Shown here: positions 37,755-49,165 of the stretch, piece after piece
Layout: every line of letters begins with the position of its first letter
Numbering within the stretch: position 1 is the first letter of the stretch
Source: Mobula hypostoma
Lineage: Eukaryota
Reading direction: 5' to 3'
Assembly (NCBI RefSeq): GCF_963921235.1
Contig: NC_086108.1
Span: 7,874,001 to 7,938,000, forward strand
DNA: 64,000 nt
Notes under the pieces: model-generated
Told to the model about the DNA's origin: nothing
The model's input: only the letters and a program-made list of their open reading frames with translations
Database searches by the model: none
Made by a program: the position numbers and the translations under genes

Positions 37755-40250
37755 AGAGGACTGGAATAATAAAGCAAGGATGTAGTGCTGAGGCTTTGTA
37801 AAGCAATGGTGAGGCCTCACTTGCAGTATTGTGAGCAGTTTTATAGAAACATAGAAACATAGAAAATAGGTGCAGGAGTAGGCCATTCGGCCCTTCGAGC
37901 CTGCACTGCCATTTATTATGATCATGGCTGATCATCCAACTCAGAACCCCGCCCCAGCCTTCCCTCCATACCCCCTGATCCCCGTAGCCACAAGGGCCAT
38001 ATCTAACTCCCTCTTAAATATAGCCAATGAACTGGCCTCAACTGTTTCCTGTGGCAGAGAATTCCACAGATTCACCACTCTCTGTGTGAAGAAGTTTTTC
38101 CTAATCTCGGTCCTAAAAGGCTTCCCCTCTATCCTCAAATTGTGGCCCCTTGTTCTGGACTTCCCCAACATTGGGAACAATCTTCCTGCATCTAGCCTGT
38201 CCAATCCCTTTAGGATCTTATACGATTCAATCAGATCCCCCCTCAATCTTCTAAATTCCAACGAGTACAAGCCCAGTTCATCCAGTCTTTCTTCATATGA
38301 AAGTCCTGCCATCCCAGGAATCAATCTGGTGAACCTTCTTTGTACTCCCTCTATGGCAAGGATGTCTTTCCTCAGATTAGGGGACCAAAACTGCACACAA
38401 TACTCCAGGTGTGGTCTCACCAAGGCCTTGTACAACTGCAGTAGTACCTCCCTGCTCCTGTACTCGAATCCTCTCGCTATAAATGCCAGCATACCATTCG
38501 CCTTTTTGACCGCCTGCTGTACCTGCATGCCCACTTTCAATGACTGGTGTATAATGACACCCAGGTCTCGTTGCACCTCCCCTTTTCCTAATCGGCCACC
38601 ATTCAGATAATAATCTGTTTTCCTATTTTTGCCACCAAAGTGGATAACTTCACATTTATCCACATTAAATTGCAACTACCATGAATTTGCCCACTCACCC
38701 AACCTATCCAAGTCACCCTGCATCCTCTTAGCATCCTCCTCACAGCTAACATTGCCACCCAGCTTCGTGTCATCCGCAAACTTGGAGATGCTGCATTTAA
38801 TTCCCTCATCCAAGTCATTAATATATATTGTAAACAACTGGGGTCCCAGCACTGAGCCTTGCGGTACCCCACTAGTCACCGCCTGCCATTCTGAAAAGGT
38901 CCCGTTTATTCCCACTCTTTGCTTCCTGTCTGCCAACCAATTCTCCATCCACATCAATACCTTACCTCCAATACCGTGTGCTTTAAGTTTGCACACTAAT
39001 CTCCTGTGTGGGACCTTGTCAAAAGCCTTTTGAAAATCCAAATATACCACATCCACTGGTTCTCCCCTATCCACTCTACTAGTTACATCCTCAAAAAATT
39101 CTATGAGATTCGTCAGACATGATTTTCCTTTCACAAATCCATGCTGACTTTGTCCGATCATTTCACCGCTTTCCAAATGTGCTGTTATCACACCCTTGAT
39201 TACTGACTCCAGCAGTTTCCCCACCACCGACGTTTGGCTAACTGGTCTATAATTCCCCGGTTTCTCTCTCCCTCCTTTTTTAAAAAGTGGAGTTACATTA
39301 GCCACCCTCCAATCCTCAGGAACTAGTCCAGAATCTAACGAGTTTTGAAAAATTATCACTAATGCATCCACTATTTCTTGGGCTACTTCCTTAAGCACTC
39401 TAGGATGCAGACCATCTGGCCCTGGGGATTTATCTGCCTTCAATCCCTTCAATTTACCTAACACCACTTCCCTACTAACATGTATTTCACTCAGTTCCTC
39501 CATCTCACTGGACCCTCTGTCCCCTACTATTTCTGGAAGATTATTTATGTCCTCCTTAGTGAAGACAGAACCAAAGTAATTATTCAATTGGTCTGCCATG
39601 TCCTTGCTCCCCATAATCAATTCACCTGTTTCTGTCTGCAGGGGACCTACATTTGTCTTTACCAGTCTTTTCCTTTTTACATATCTATAAAAGCTTTTAC
39701 AGTCCGTTTTGGGCCCCTTATCTGAGAAAGGACGTGCTGACATTGGAGAGGATCTAGAGGAGGTTTGCGAGAATGATTCCGGAATTGAAAGGCTCGTCAT
39801 ATGGAGAACGTTTGATGGCTCCGGGACTGTACTCACTGGAATTCAGAAGAGCGAGGGTGGAATCTCACTGAAACCTATTGAATGTCGAAAGGCCCAGATA
39901 AAGTGGATGTGGAGAGGACGTTTTCTATGGTGGGTAAGTCTAAGACCAGAGGACACAGCCTTAGAATAGAGGGGTGTTCATTTAGAACGGAGATGAGGAG
40001 GAAGTTCTTTAGACAGGGGGAGGTGAATCTGTGGAACCCGTTGTCACAGGCAACTGTGGAGGTCAAGTCTTTGGGTATATTTAAGGCAGAAGTTGATAGA
40101 TTCTTGAATAGTCAGGGCATGAGGGGATACGAGGAGAAGGCAGGAGATTGGGGCTGAGAGGGAAAATGGATGAGCCATGATGAAATGGCAGAGCAGACTC
40201 AAAGGGCCAAATGGCCTAATTCCTCTTCTATATCTTATGGTTTTATGGTC
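37755..40250 (+). mobile_element. Old CR1 3' fragment split by a younger CR1 (pieces 37755-37842 and 39706-40250)
   Basis: GAGCAGTTTT|...|GTTTTGGGCCCCTTATC rejoins CEQFWAPYLRK. Confidence 0.85.
37843..39705 (-). mobile_element. Young CR1 subfamily B, 5'-truncated, RT with a single in-frame stop
   Basis: ORFs 38676-39705 and 37941-38675 are in frame and separated by one TAG. (TTTCTATG)n tail. Confidence 0.96.
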
Positions 40251-40766
40251 CCATTAGGGTGGCATGCAGGTTCGACTCACCCATGCCAACCTGAATTAGT
40301 CTGTCCACTACAGAGCTAAATGCCAACTTGCATTTTGGCCCAGATCCCACTAAAACCTTTCCAATGTCCTTGAAATGTCATAGATCATTCCAAAACACAC
40401 CCACCTCTGTGTAGGAAAGAAAACTTTCCCCTGTAAATGTGTCCCGTCTCACCTTTAACCTATGACCTCTGGTTTTAGCCTGCCCTACCCTGGGGAAAAG
40501 GCTGTGACCATGCACTTTATCTCTGCCCCTAATGATTTTATAAACCTCAGTACTGAAAGCTGGTTGTCATGGTGGTCGCTGGCAGAACTGGACTCAGATG
40601 CATAGGAACAGCAGGCTCTGTCATGGCGGGTGCTGGCAATGACCTGACCCAGGGGGAACCCCAAGATACATCTGCTCCTCTACACCGTTAGGAACCTCAC
40701 CATTAACCTTTTACCCATCCTTCAAGTTTGACCTTCTAAAGCAGGGCTTCCCAACCTGGTGTCCAC

Positions 40767-41668
40767 TGTGACGAGAGTACACATAGATTAAGATGTTAGC
40801 TGTCCTGTGCTGGCACCAGTGGGATTAGCAGTTGGTCTGCCACCTGTCTTCAGGAGAAAGAGAGATAAGGAAAACAATGGAGCAGCATTTGGAGATGTTA
40901 ATGAAGGGACGGGAGAGTTTAACGGAAGGAGAGCTGTCAAGATCGGCTCCCCCTTTGAACCCTGAACTATTTGAAGTGATGGGCAGGCGATACCCCAGCA
41001 GGGGGATAAAAAGGGACAGGTTCTCTAAGGCGACACACACGACACCCCGAGGTAACGAGACCCTGGAAGCGATGCGTCTCCCACAAGTCGGTGGGATGTT
41101 TTGGAGGGCTGGTCGCGGGACCAAGCCATAGACGCACAGGGTGGAAAGGTACGATCGGCGGGAACCTGGTGTGTGTCCGCCCTTGCCTGGGTGCCAGGTT
41201 TCACCTCAGAGAAACATTCATATCTGGAAACGGGGGGAGGTCACAGTTGGTGACCTCAGAAGACATCACAAAGGGCTCGCCCGAAAGCTGACTGCGAAGA
41301 ATATCGAAGGTCTGTGTGGAAGCCGTTTGAATATTCATTCGTTTTTGCTCTCTCTCTCCCTCCCCCCACCGTCCATCGCCACGGCAGTGATTACTGCGAA
41401 CTGAACTGAACTCAATTGAACTGAACTTTGCGTCACTTTGAAACTGGTCATTTATCCCTAGACGACAATAGAGCTTGATTGATCCTATTATCTTAATTCT
41501 GTGTACATGTGTGTTTATCATTGCTGAACTGTTGCATTTATTATCCTTTTGATTAGATTACTGTGTTGCTTGTTTCTTTAATAAAACTTTATTACTTCTA
41601 GTAATCCAGACTCCAACTGAGTGATCCATTTCTGCTGGTTTGGCAACCCAGTTACGGGGTACGTAACA
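40767..41668 (+). repeat. 5' LTR
   Basis: Direct repeat of 44872-45772 with roughly 30 differences by eye. AATAAA near 41580. Confidence 0.95.
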
Positions 41669-41672
41669 TAAG

Positions 41673-41691
41673 TGGGGTTCTCGTCCACGAT
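41673..41691 (+). promoter_or_regulatory. Primer binding site, tRNA-Pro-like, imperfect
   Basis: TGGGGTTCTCGTCCACGAT compared with canonical TGGGGGCTCGTCCGGGAT, 4 nt after the LTR. Confidence 0.7.
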
Positions 41692-41767
41692 TTTGAACGC
41701 TAAATTTGGGACGGAGTAAATTGATTGGGTTAAAATTCCCGAAAGGAAGAAGAGACAAACAGCAGAA

Positions 41768-43747
41768 ATGGAGGTTGAGGAATTTATAAAGGCGCCGACC
41801 TTGGAGGCATTAGAGGATGCCAGGAGAGCAGAATTGGTAGCTGTGGCCAAACGGTTGAATCTTGTTAAGGGGAAGTCGACAATGAGGAGAGAGGAGATAC
41901 ACAGAGCTATCGTAGAGCACTATGTATCTAAAGGTGTGTTTCCCCAAGGGGAGCTGGAGGTGGTGTCTATTGAAAAACCTGCTGGAGACGCAGTACAGGT
42001 ACAGCTTGAAAAACTGAGACTCGAGCACGAGTTCCGGGTACGGCAGCTAGAACACGAAGAGAAAGGGAGGCAATGGGAGCGAGAAGAGAAAGAAAAGCAG
42101 TTAGAAAGGCAGGAGAAAGAGAGAGAGTTAGAAAGACAGGAGAGAGAGAGAGAGAGAGAGACAGTTGGAGCGAGAAGAGAGGCAGTTGGAGAAACAGAGG
42201 GAAAGGGAATTCGAGCTGGAGAAGTTAAAGATAAGGGCAGAGCAGGGGCCCGTGCCGAACCAAGGGGTTCAGGGCGACCCAGGAATTTAGGCTGGTTCCC
42301 CCATTTGACGGTACCAATGTGGATCGGTACTTTCTCCATTTCGAAAAAGTTGCTACAAGTCAGGACTGGCCGAGGGATAAGTGAGCTGTTTTGCTTCAGA
42401 GTGTACTGAAAGGGAAAGCCCAACAAACAACAAACTTACTCAGCTTTGTCCGCGGAAGATGCCCAGAAGTATGAGGTGGTGAAAGAGGCCATCCTCAGGA
42501 TTTATGAGTTGGTCCCGGAGGCATACCGGAAGAGGTTCCAGAATGCGAGGAAGCAGTGGGACCGCACGTATTTGGAGTTTGCCCATGAGATGCAGACATA
42601 TTGTGAGCGTTGGTGCGCCTCGAAGGGGGTAGAGGGGGATTATGACAGACTGCTACAGCTGATCCTGATTGAGCAGTTTAAAGGTTGTGTCCCTGAGGGT
42701 ATGAGACCCTACCTAGATGAGAAAGAGGCAGCCACGTTAGCCGCAACTGCTAAGTTAGCGGATGAGTATGCGTTGACACATAAAATGAAGTTTGCCCCGA
42801 GTAAAGGCTACCAGAAGGGTAGTCAGGACGGCGGGGAGAATCCGCCAGAAAAGTCAGAAAGTAAGCCGGGGACTAGTGAGAAGGATAAGGTAGACCGGGA
42901 GCAGTCTGGTAGGAAGTCTCCTGGGGTCGTCTGTTATAATTGTGGGAAAGTCGGACACTTTGCGTCCAGGTGCTTTGCCCCAAAGAAGGAGACGGGAAAA
43001 GGAAAAACGGCGATTTTGACTAGCTGTATCGAGCTGGTAAACGAACCGCTAGGAGAGGACAGGTCTGCCAAAGTTCAGGAAGGGCGCGAGAGGTTTATCT
43101 TGGCCGGATTGGTGTCAGTGAAGGAGGGATTAAACCCAGTTCCAGTGCGGATCTGGAGAGACACGGGAGCGTGTCAGTCATTGATATTGAAGACTGTATT
43201 AGAGTTTAGTTCAGAGACCCAGACTGGGGAGGTCAAGGTCAAAGGTATTGGGGAAGGGACAGAGGCAGTCCCTTTGCACCAGGTACACCTACAAAGCAAC
43301 TTGGTCTCTGGACTAGTCACAATCGGAGTGAGGTCCGAGTTACCGATGAAAGGCGTGGAAGTCTTGCTCGGTAATGACCTCGCCGGGGGAATCATGTTCC
43401 CAGCCGTGAGATTGACAGGTCAGCCTACCAGCATTGAGGCCCCGCCCATGGACTCACAGGTTCATCCCGGGCTTCCCGAAGTAAATTTAGCTGAGATGTA
43501 CCAGGAGGAGGTAGAAAGTGAAAAGAAGGAGTGTAGTGAAACAAGAGGTAGTGAGGGAGATGAGACAGACTTAGCATTAGCCAGGAAAGAATTTGTGCAG
43601 ACGCAGGAGCGAGACGAGGGGCTGATGGTTTTGGCGGAGACAGCTCCCTCTGACGCAGAATTAAGAAGGGAGCCAGTAAGTTATTGTGTGGAGGAGGAAG
43701 TGCTAAGGAAGAAAGGGAGACCAAGTACCGTACCCGCAGATGAGTAA
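41768..43747 (+). pseudogene. gag (coiled coil, SCAN-like capsid, CCHC knuckle) and aspartic protease, frameshifted
   Basis: PEAYRKRF...LIEQF...LADEY (SCAN), CYNCGKVGHFASRC, RDTGA and LLGNDLAG. Frameshifts at the (GA)n tract near 42141 and near 42421. Confidence 0.9.
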
Positions 43748-44750
43748 TGGGGGGTGGTGCAAAAGAGTTATGGGGATGAGATTTTTAACCTGGCCCACAA
43801 GATACCCCTCGGTGGACATTTTGAGGTGCTGGAGGAAACAGTTGGTGGAATCATGAAAGAGGTTTACCGGCTGCACAGGAGGAAGGATGTTATTGATTAT
43901 GGCAGACGCGAACTGAGACAGTCACAGGCTTTGGATATGCTAACAAACCTAGTCGGTGTTAGCGCGGAAATCAATGAAGCTAGGGTCCCCCGATAAGAAA
44001 AAAACACCATTTTGAAAAGATGAGTATGGTATCGACCAGATGGGAGAAGGTTATTGTTTTGGCCAGCTGGGCTGATAAGGTCTCTCCCTTAATCCCCGAA
44101 CAAAGCGACTCTTTAGGAGAAGTAATTAAATGGCTCGCACACGTGTGTTTGATTGTCCGGAGGCGATGCAAAGAACTGGGACGTTGGGTGGCGTTTGTTA
44201 CGCTAGGTCAGCCTAGTGAGCAACATTCCTATAGAATGAGTAATTCAGTGACGAAAGGGCTAACGAACACAGAAGTGTATATTGGCAATGTAATACGGCT
44301 GTCTGAAGCCAGCTTGATAGTGAACCTTGAGAAAAATGAGTTCGGCCACACGAAGGTCACCTATCTGGGAATTGTGGTAACACAGGGGCAGCTGGCAGCG
44401 ATGCAAGCTACAGTGCAGGCTATCTCTGACATCCCAACCCCGACAGACAAGAGGGCCCTCAGAAGGCTCTTGGAGATGGTGGGGTACTGTAGGAAGTTTT
44501 GCAATAACTCTGCGGTTACTACCCCTTCCCCTCCTACTAAGCCCTTGCGAGAGAAAACTAAGTCGGGATGGGACGACCCTTGTTATTGTGGTCTGGGACG
44601 AAACCCAATGAGAGGTTACATTGATCGCAATTCATCAGTGTTTTTGGCCACTATGAAGTTTGCTAAGTTGGAGCCTGGTTTAAGGAATTTGATATAAAAA
44701 TTACACATATAAAAGGAACAGAAAATGTGATGGCTGACTGTCTGTCAGGT
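43748..44750 (+). pseudogene. Collapsed pol remnants: integrase Zn-finger start, RT C-terminus, RNase H end
   Basis: LAHKIPLGGHF, then RLSEASLIVNLEK..VTYLG..LEMVGYCRKFC, then HIKGTENVMADCLS. Confidence 0.75.
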
Positions 44751-44871
44751 GTTGACAACTTCAAACTCGCTGTATTAGCCAAATAGCTGATGAAGATGTA
44801 TATTTGTGTGTATCAAATAATGTATTCATGTTTGTAATTTTTACCCCAGTAAAAATCCTTAAAGGTGAGGG

Positions 44872-45772
44872 TGTGACGAGAGTACACATAGATTAAGATG
44901 TTAGCTGTCCTGTGCTGGCACCAGTGGGATCAGCAGTTGGTCTGCCACCTGTCTTCAGGAGAAAGAGAGATAAGGAAAACAATGGAGCAGCATTTGGAGA
45001 TGTTAATGAAGGGACGGGAGAGTTTAACGGAAGGAGAGCTGTCAAGATCGGCTCCCCCTTTGAACCCTGAACTGTTTGAAGTGATGGACAGGCGATACCC
45101 CAGCAGGGGGATAAAAAGGGACAGGTTCGCTAAGGCGACACACACGACACCCCGAGGTAACGAGACCCTGGAAGCGGTGCATCTCCCACAAGTTGGTGGG
45201 ATGTATTGGAGGGCTGGTCGCGGGACCAAGCCATAGACGCACAGGGTGGAAAGGTACGATCGGCGGGAACCTGGTGTGTGTCCGCCCTTGCCTGGGTGCC
45301 AGGTTTCACAGCAGAGAAACGATCGTATCTGGAAACGGGGGAGATCACAGTCGGTGACCTCAGAAGACATCACAAAGGGCTCGCCCGAAAGCTGACTGCG
45401 AAGAATATCGAAGGTCTGTGTGGAAGCTGTTTGAATATTCATTCGTTTTTGCTCTCTCTCTTCCTCCCCCCACTGTCCATCGCCACGGCAGTGATTACTG
45501 TGAACTGAACTGAATTCAATTGAACTGAACTTTGCGTCACTTTGAAACTGGTCATTTACCCCTAGACGATGATAGAGCTTGATTGATCCTATTATCCTAA
45601 TTCTGTGTACATGTGTGTTTATCATTGCTGAACTGTTGCATTTATTATCCTTTTGATTAGAGTACTGTGTTGCTTGTTTCTTTAATAAAACTTTATTAGT
45701 TCTAGTAATCCAGACTCCAACTGAGTGATCCATTTCTGCTGGTTTGGCAACCCAGTTACGGGGTATGAAACA
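44872..45772 (+). repeat. 3' LTR
   Basis: Direct repeat of 40767-41668, followed by the TSD CCAC. Confidence 0.95.
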
Positions 45773-46070
45773 CCACGAAAACCCTCGGTTAACGTAGGGT
45801 CCACAGAAACCCTCGGTTAATGTAGGGTCCATGGCCTAATAAAGGCTGGGAGCTCAGTTCTAAAGTGAATCCCAAGAGAAGGAAACAAGAGGTTAGACAC
45901 AGGAATACCAACAGAGTATTGGAGCAACATCATGAGACAAATCATTCTCCACAAACACAAGGACTCCACTACAGAGCTAAACGAGAGGCCCTTTAAATAA
46001 TCACAGAACGCAAGAAACCCGTGTCAGTCATAATTAACTCCACCAGATCAAGCAGAGGGCTTAACTGCTC

Positions 46071-46296
46071 TTTTTTAGCGTAAACACGAGGAATTCTGCA
46101 GATGCTGGAAATTCAAGCAACACACATCAAAGTTGCTGGTGAACACAGCAGGCCAGGCAGCATCTCTAGGAAGAGGTACAGTCGACGTTTCCGTTAGTCC
46201 TGATGAAGGGTCTCGGCCCGAAACATCGACTGTACCTCTTCCTAGAAATGCTGCCTAGCCTGCTGCGTTCACCAGCAACTTTGATGTGTGTTGCTT
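46071..46296. mobile_element. Miniature Penelope-derived inverted-repeat element
   Basis: 77-bp arms at 46115-46191 and 46220-46296 with 4 mismatches. Flanking direct repeat GCTTAACTGCTC at 46059-46070 and 46293-46304. Confidence 0.85.
46196..46231 (+). ncRNA. Minimal type I hammerhead ribozyme motif (Penelope type)
   Basis: AGTC-CTGATGA-AGGG TCTCGG CCC-GAAAC-ATC-GACT. The GTC site appears decayed to ATC. Confidence 0.75.
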
Positions 46297-46317
46297 AACT
46301 GCTCCGGTTATGATAAC

Positions 46318-46500
46318 CACACTGGACAATGAAGACTTTGCTTCCTGAATACTTTTGGGTGTATCTGATGGATTTCAGGCTGCTGATTCTGAAAATCACC
46401 ATGAAATTTCCCTATCACACAGTTGTTCTGAAATTACCTATAATTTTTACTTCAATTCATAATTCAACTCAATGAAAACATTGCCCTCGATGTAAGATGA
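46318..46500 (-). mobile_element. DNA transposon terminal fragment, possibly Chapaev3-like
   Basis: Begins CACTGGACAA. Inverted homologue of 26340-26515. Confidence 0.5.
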
Positions 46501-47625
46501 AAATTTTTCTGCCTTGTCCAGGCAGGCCTGGGTTTGCTTCGGCAGGACGGGCTTTAGAAAGCCTATAAAAGCATCGTACTGTACGTCTCTCGAGTACGTA
46601 AATACAGGTGCTTGAGAGGCCCCGTGCTCTACGGCAAACTGCAGAGTCCCACAGTGTTCATGACGCTGGCAACATCCTTACCAAACTGATAAAGGTCGAG
46701 TAAGTGAAGAGGAGGGGTGATAGAGTCTAAAAAAGAGTTGGTGCTGCTTCACAGCTAGCTCTTTTTATACACATACAGTAGATAAGAAACATTCCACTCA
46801 GACTTGCAGGTTAGAGTCAGACGATCAGAAAGCCCTTTCTCAAATAATACCGAGGATGCCACAGACACTAGTACAGCTCGGGGTGTTGCGGAGTTCGGAG
46901 TTCAATTCCGGAGTTTTCTGTACGGATCGCATGGGATTTCCCTGGGTGCTCCGGTTTCCTCCCACAGCTCCAAAGGAGTGCAGGGTAGGTTCACTGGTTG
47001 CTGAAAGTGATCCCGTCGTTAGGTTAGGATTAGTCGGGTTGCTGGAGCATTGTGGCTCGAAGGGCCAGAAGGACCTACTCCACATTGCATCACTAAGGTA
47101 ATGTAAAAAAAAGTGATACCAAGAGAAGCTTCCAGAACTTTCCAGAATCATACAAATGTGATGACTCGGGGACACTGAACAACTGTGACCACGAGGAAAC
47201 ATATTAAACAGATTCACGTATATAACAACTACTTACAGTATGAGAACGAACCTAAGAAAGCCTACAGATGCTGGGAATCCAAAGCAACACCCCCAAAATT
47301 CTGAAGGAAGTCAGCAGGTCAGGCAGCACCTGTGGAAATGGGTAAACAGTTGATGTTTCAGGCTGATACTCTTCATCAGCACTGGAGGAAAAGAAGAGAA
47401 GTCAGAGTTAGAAACCTCGGGGGAGAGGAGGAGGAAGTAGAGTATGGTAGGTGATAGGTGAAGCCGGGAGAAGGTGAGGGGTGAAGTAAAGAGCTGGGAA
47501 GTCGACTGGTGAAAGGGATACAGGGCTGGAGAACGGGGAATCTGATCAGGGAGGATAGGAGACCATGGAATACTCACAACACGCTGGAGGAACTCAGCAG
47601 GTCGGGCAGCATCCATGGAAACGAT

Positions 47626-47663
47626 CAGTCAACGTTTCGGGCTGGAACCCTTCGTCAGGACTG
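47626..47663 (-). ncRNA. Minimal hammerhead ribozyme, intact core
   Basis: CAGTC-CTGACGA-AGGG TTCCAG CCC-GAAAC-GTT-GACTG. Confidence 0.85.
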
Positions 47664-47929
47664 AAGGGGGAAGGGGCAGAGGCCCTATAAAGAAGGTGGG
47701 GGGAGGGTGGGAAGGAGAAGGCTGGTAGGTTCCAGGTGAAAAACCAGTAAGGGGAAAGATAAAGGGGTTGGGGGAGGGGGAAGCAGGGAGGTGATAGGCA
47801 GGAAAGGTGAAGAAGGAATAGGGGAAAACACAATGGGTAGTAGAAGGAGGCGGAACCATGAGGGAGGTGATAGGCAGCTGGGGGAGGGGGCAGAGTGACA
47901 TAGGGATAGGGGAAGGGAGAGGGAGGGAA

Positions 47930-49165
47930 TTACTGGAAGTTGGAGAATTCTTTGTTCATACCAAGGGGCTGGAGACTACCTAGACAGTATATGAGGTGTT
48001 GCTCCTTCAGCCTGAGTTTAGCCTTATCATGGCAGTAGAGGAGGTCATGTATGGACATATCTGAATGGGAATGGGAAGCAGAGTTGAAGTGGGTGGCTAC
48101 TGGGAGATCCTGTCCGTTTTGGCGGACAGAGCGGAGGTGCTCGACGAAGTGGTCCCCCAATCTGCGTCGGGTTTCACCGATGTAGAGGAGGCTGCACCGG
48201 GAGCACCGGATGCAATAGATGACCCCAACAGACTCACAAGTGAAGTGTTGCCTCACCTGGAAGGACTGTTTGGGGCCCTGAATGGCGGCAAGAGAGGAGG
48301 TGTAGGGACAAGTGTAGCACTTACGCTTACAGGGATAAGTGCCAGGTGGGAGATCCGTGGGGAGGGACGTGTGGACCAGGGAGTCGCGGAGGGAACGATC
48401 CCTGCGGAAAGCGGAGAGGGGTGGAGAGGGAAAGATGTGCTTAGTAGTGGGGTCCTGTTGAAGGTGGTGGAATTTGCATAGGATAATGTGCTGGATCCGG
48501 AGGCTGGTGGGGTGGTAGGTGAGGACAAGGGGAACTCTGTCCCTGTTGTGGTTGCGGGAGGATGGGGTGAGGGCCGAAGTGTGGGAAATGGAGGAGATGC
48601 AGGTGAGGGCATCATTGATGACGGTAGAAGGGAAACCACGATCCTTAAAGAAAGAGGACATTTGAGATGTCCTGGAACGGAAAGCCTCATCCTTGGAGCA
48701 GATGCAGCGGAGACGGAGGAACTGGGAATAGGGAATGGCATTTTTGCATGTGGTGGGGTGGGAAGAGGTATAGTCGAGGTAGTTATGAGAGTCAGTGGGC
48801 TTGTAGAAGATGTCAGTGGACCGTCTGTCTCCAGAGATGGAGACCGAGACATCGAGAAAGGGGAGAGAAGTGTCCGAGATAGACCAAGTGAATTTGAGGG
48901 CTGGGTGGAAGTTTGAAGTAAAGTGGATGAAATTGACGAGCTCAGCATGGGTGCAGGAAGCAGCACCAATGTAGTTGTCAATGTACCAAAGGAAAAGTTG
49001 GGGAGCAGTACCGGAATAGGTTTGGAGCACAGACTGTTCCACATAACCAACGAAGAGGCAAGCATAGCTGGGTCCCATGCGAGTGCCCATAGCTACACCC
49101 TTAGTCTGAAAAAAGTGGGAAGAGCCAAAAGAGAAGTTATTAAGTGTGAGAACCAGTTCCGCCAA
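47930..49165 (-). pseudogene. Penelope RT and GIY-YIG endonuclease, 3' 411 aa
   Basis: Open frame, but catalytic YIDD reads YIDN. The upstream part has stops and a frameshift. Confidence 0.9.

Larger units (their letters stand above)
40767..45772 (+). mobile_element. Gmr1-like Gypsy LTR retrotransposon, structurally complete with deleted pol
   Basis: Two ~900-bp TG...CA LTRs, 4-bp TSD CCAC, PBS, PPT (AAAGGTGAGGG, 44861-44871), gag-SCAN-CCHC-protease, then integrase remnant before RT remnants. Confidence 0.95.
40742..45857. mobile_element. hAT-Charlie-type MITE split by the Gypsy element (halves 40742-40766 and 45773-45857)
   Basis: CAGGGCTTCCCAACC...GGCTGGGAGCTCAG ends with a perfect 8-bp TSD TTCTAAAG at 40734-40741 and 45858-45865. 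Confidence 0.75.

Noticed and set aside
32872..38610. Long antisense ORFs over CR1 RT (190-230 aa; also at 11182, 60589 and 63295)
   Set aside because: Shadow frames of the RT coding strand, repeated only because the copies are near-identical.
44930..45832. 300-aa minus-strand ORF across the 3' LTR
   Set aside because: Not continuous in the 5' LTR copy, starts in flanking MITE sequence, and has no recognisable domain.
48253..49065. 270-aa Ser/Pro/Thr-rich overlapping ORF in Penelope
   Set aside because: Alternative frame of a C-rich coding strand that is naturally poor in stops.
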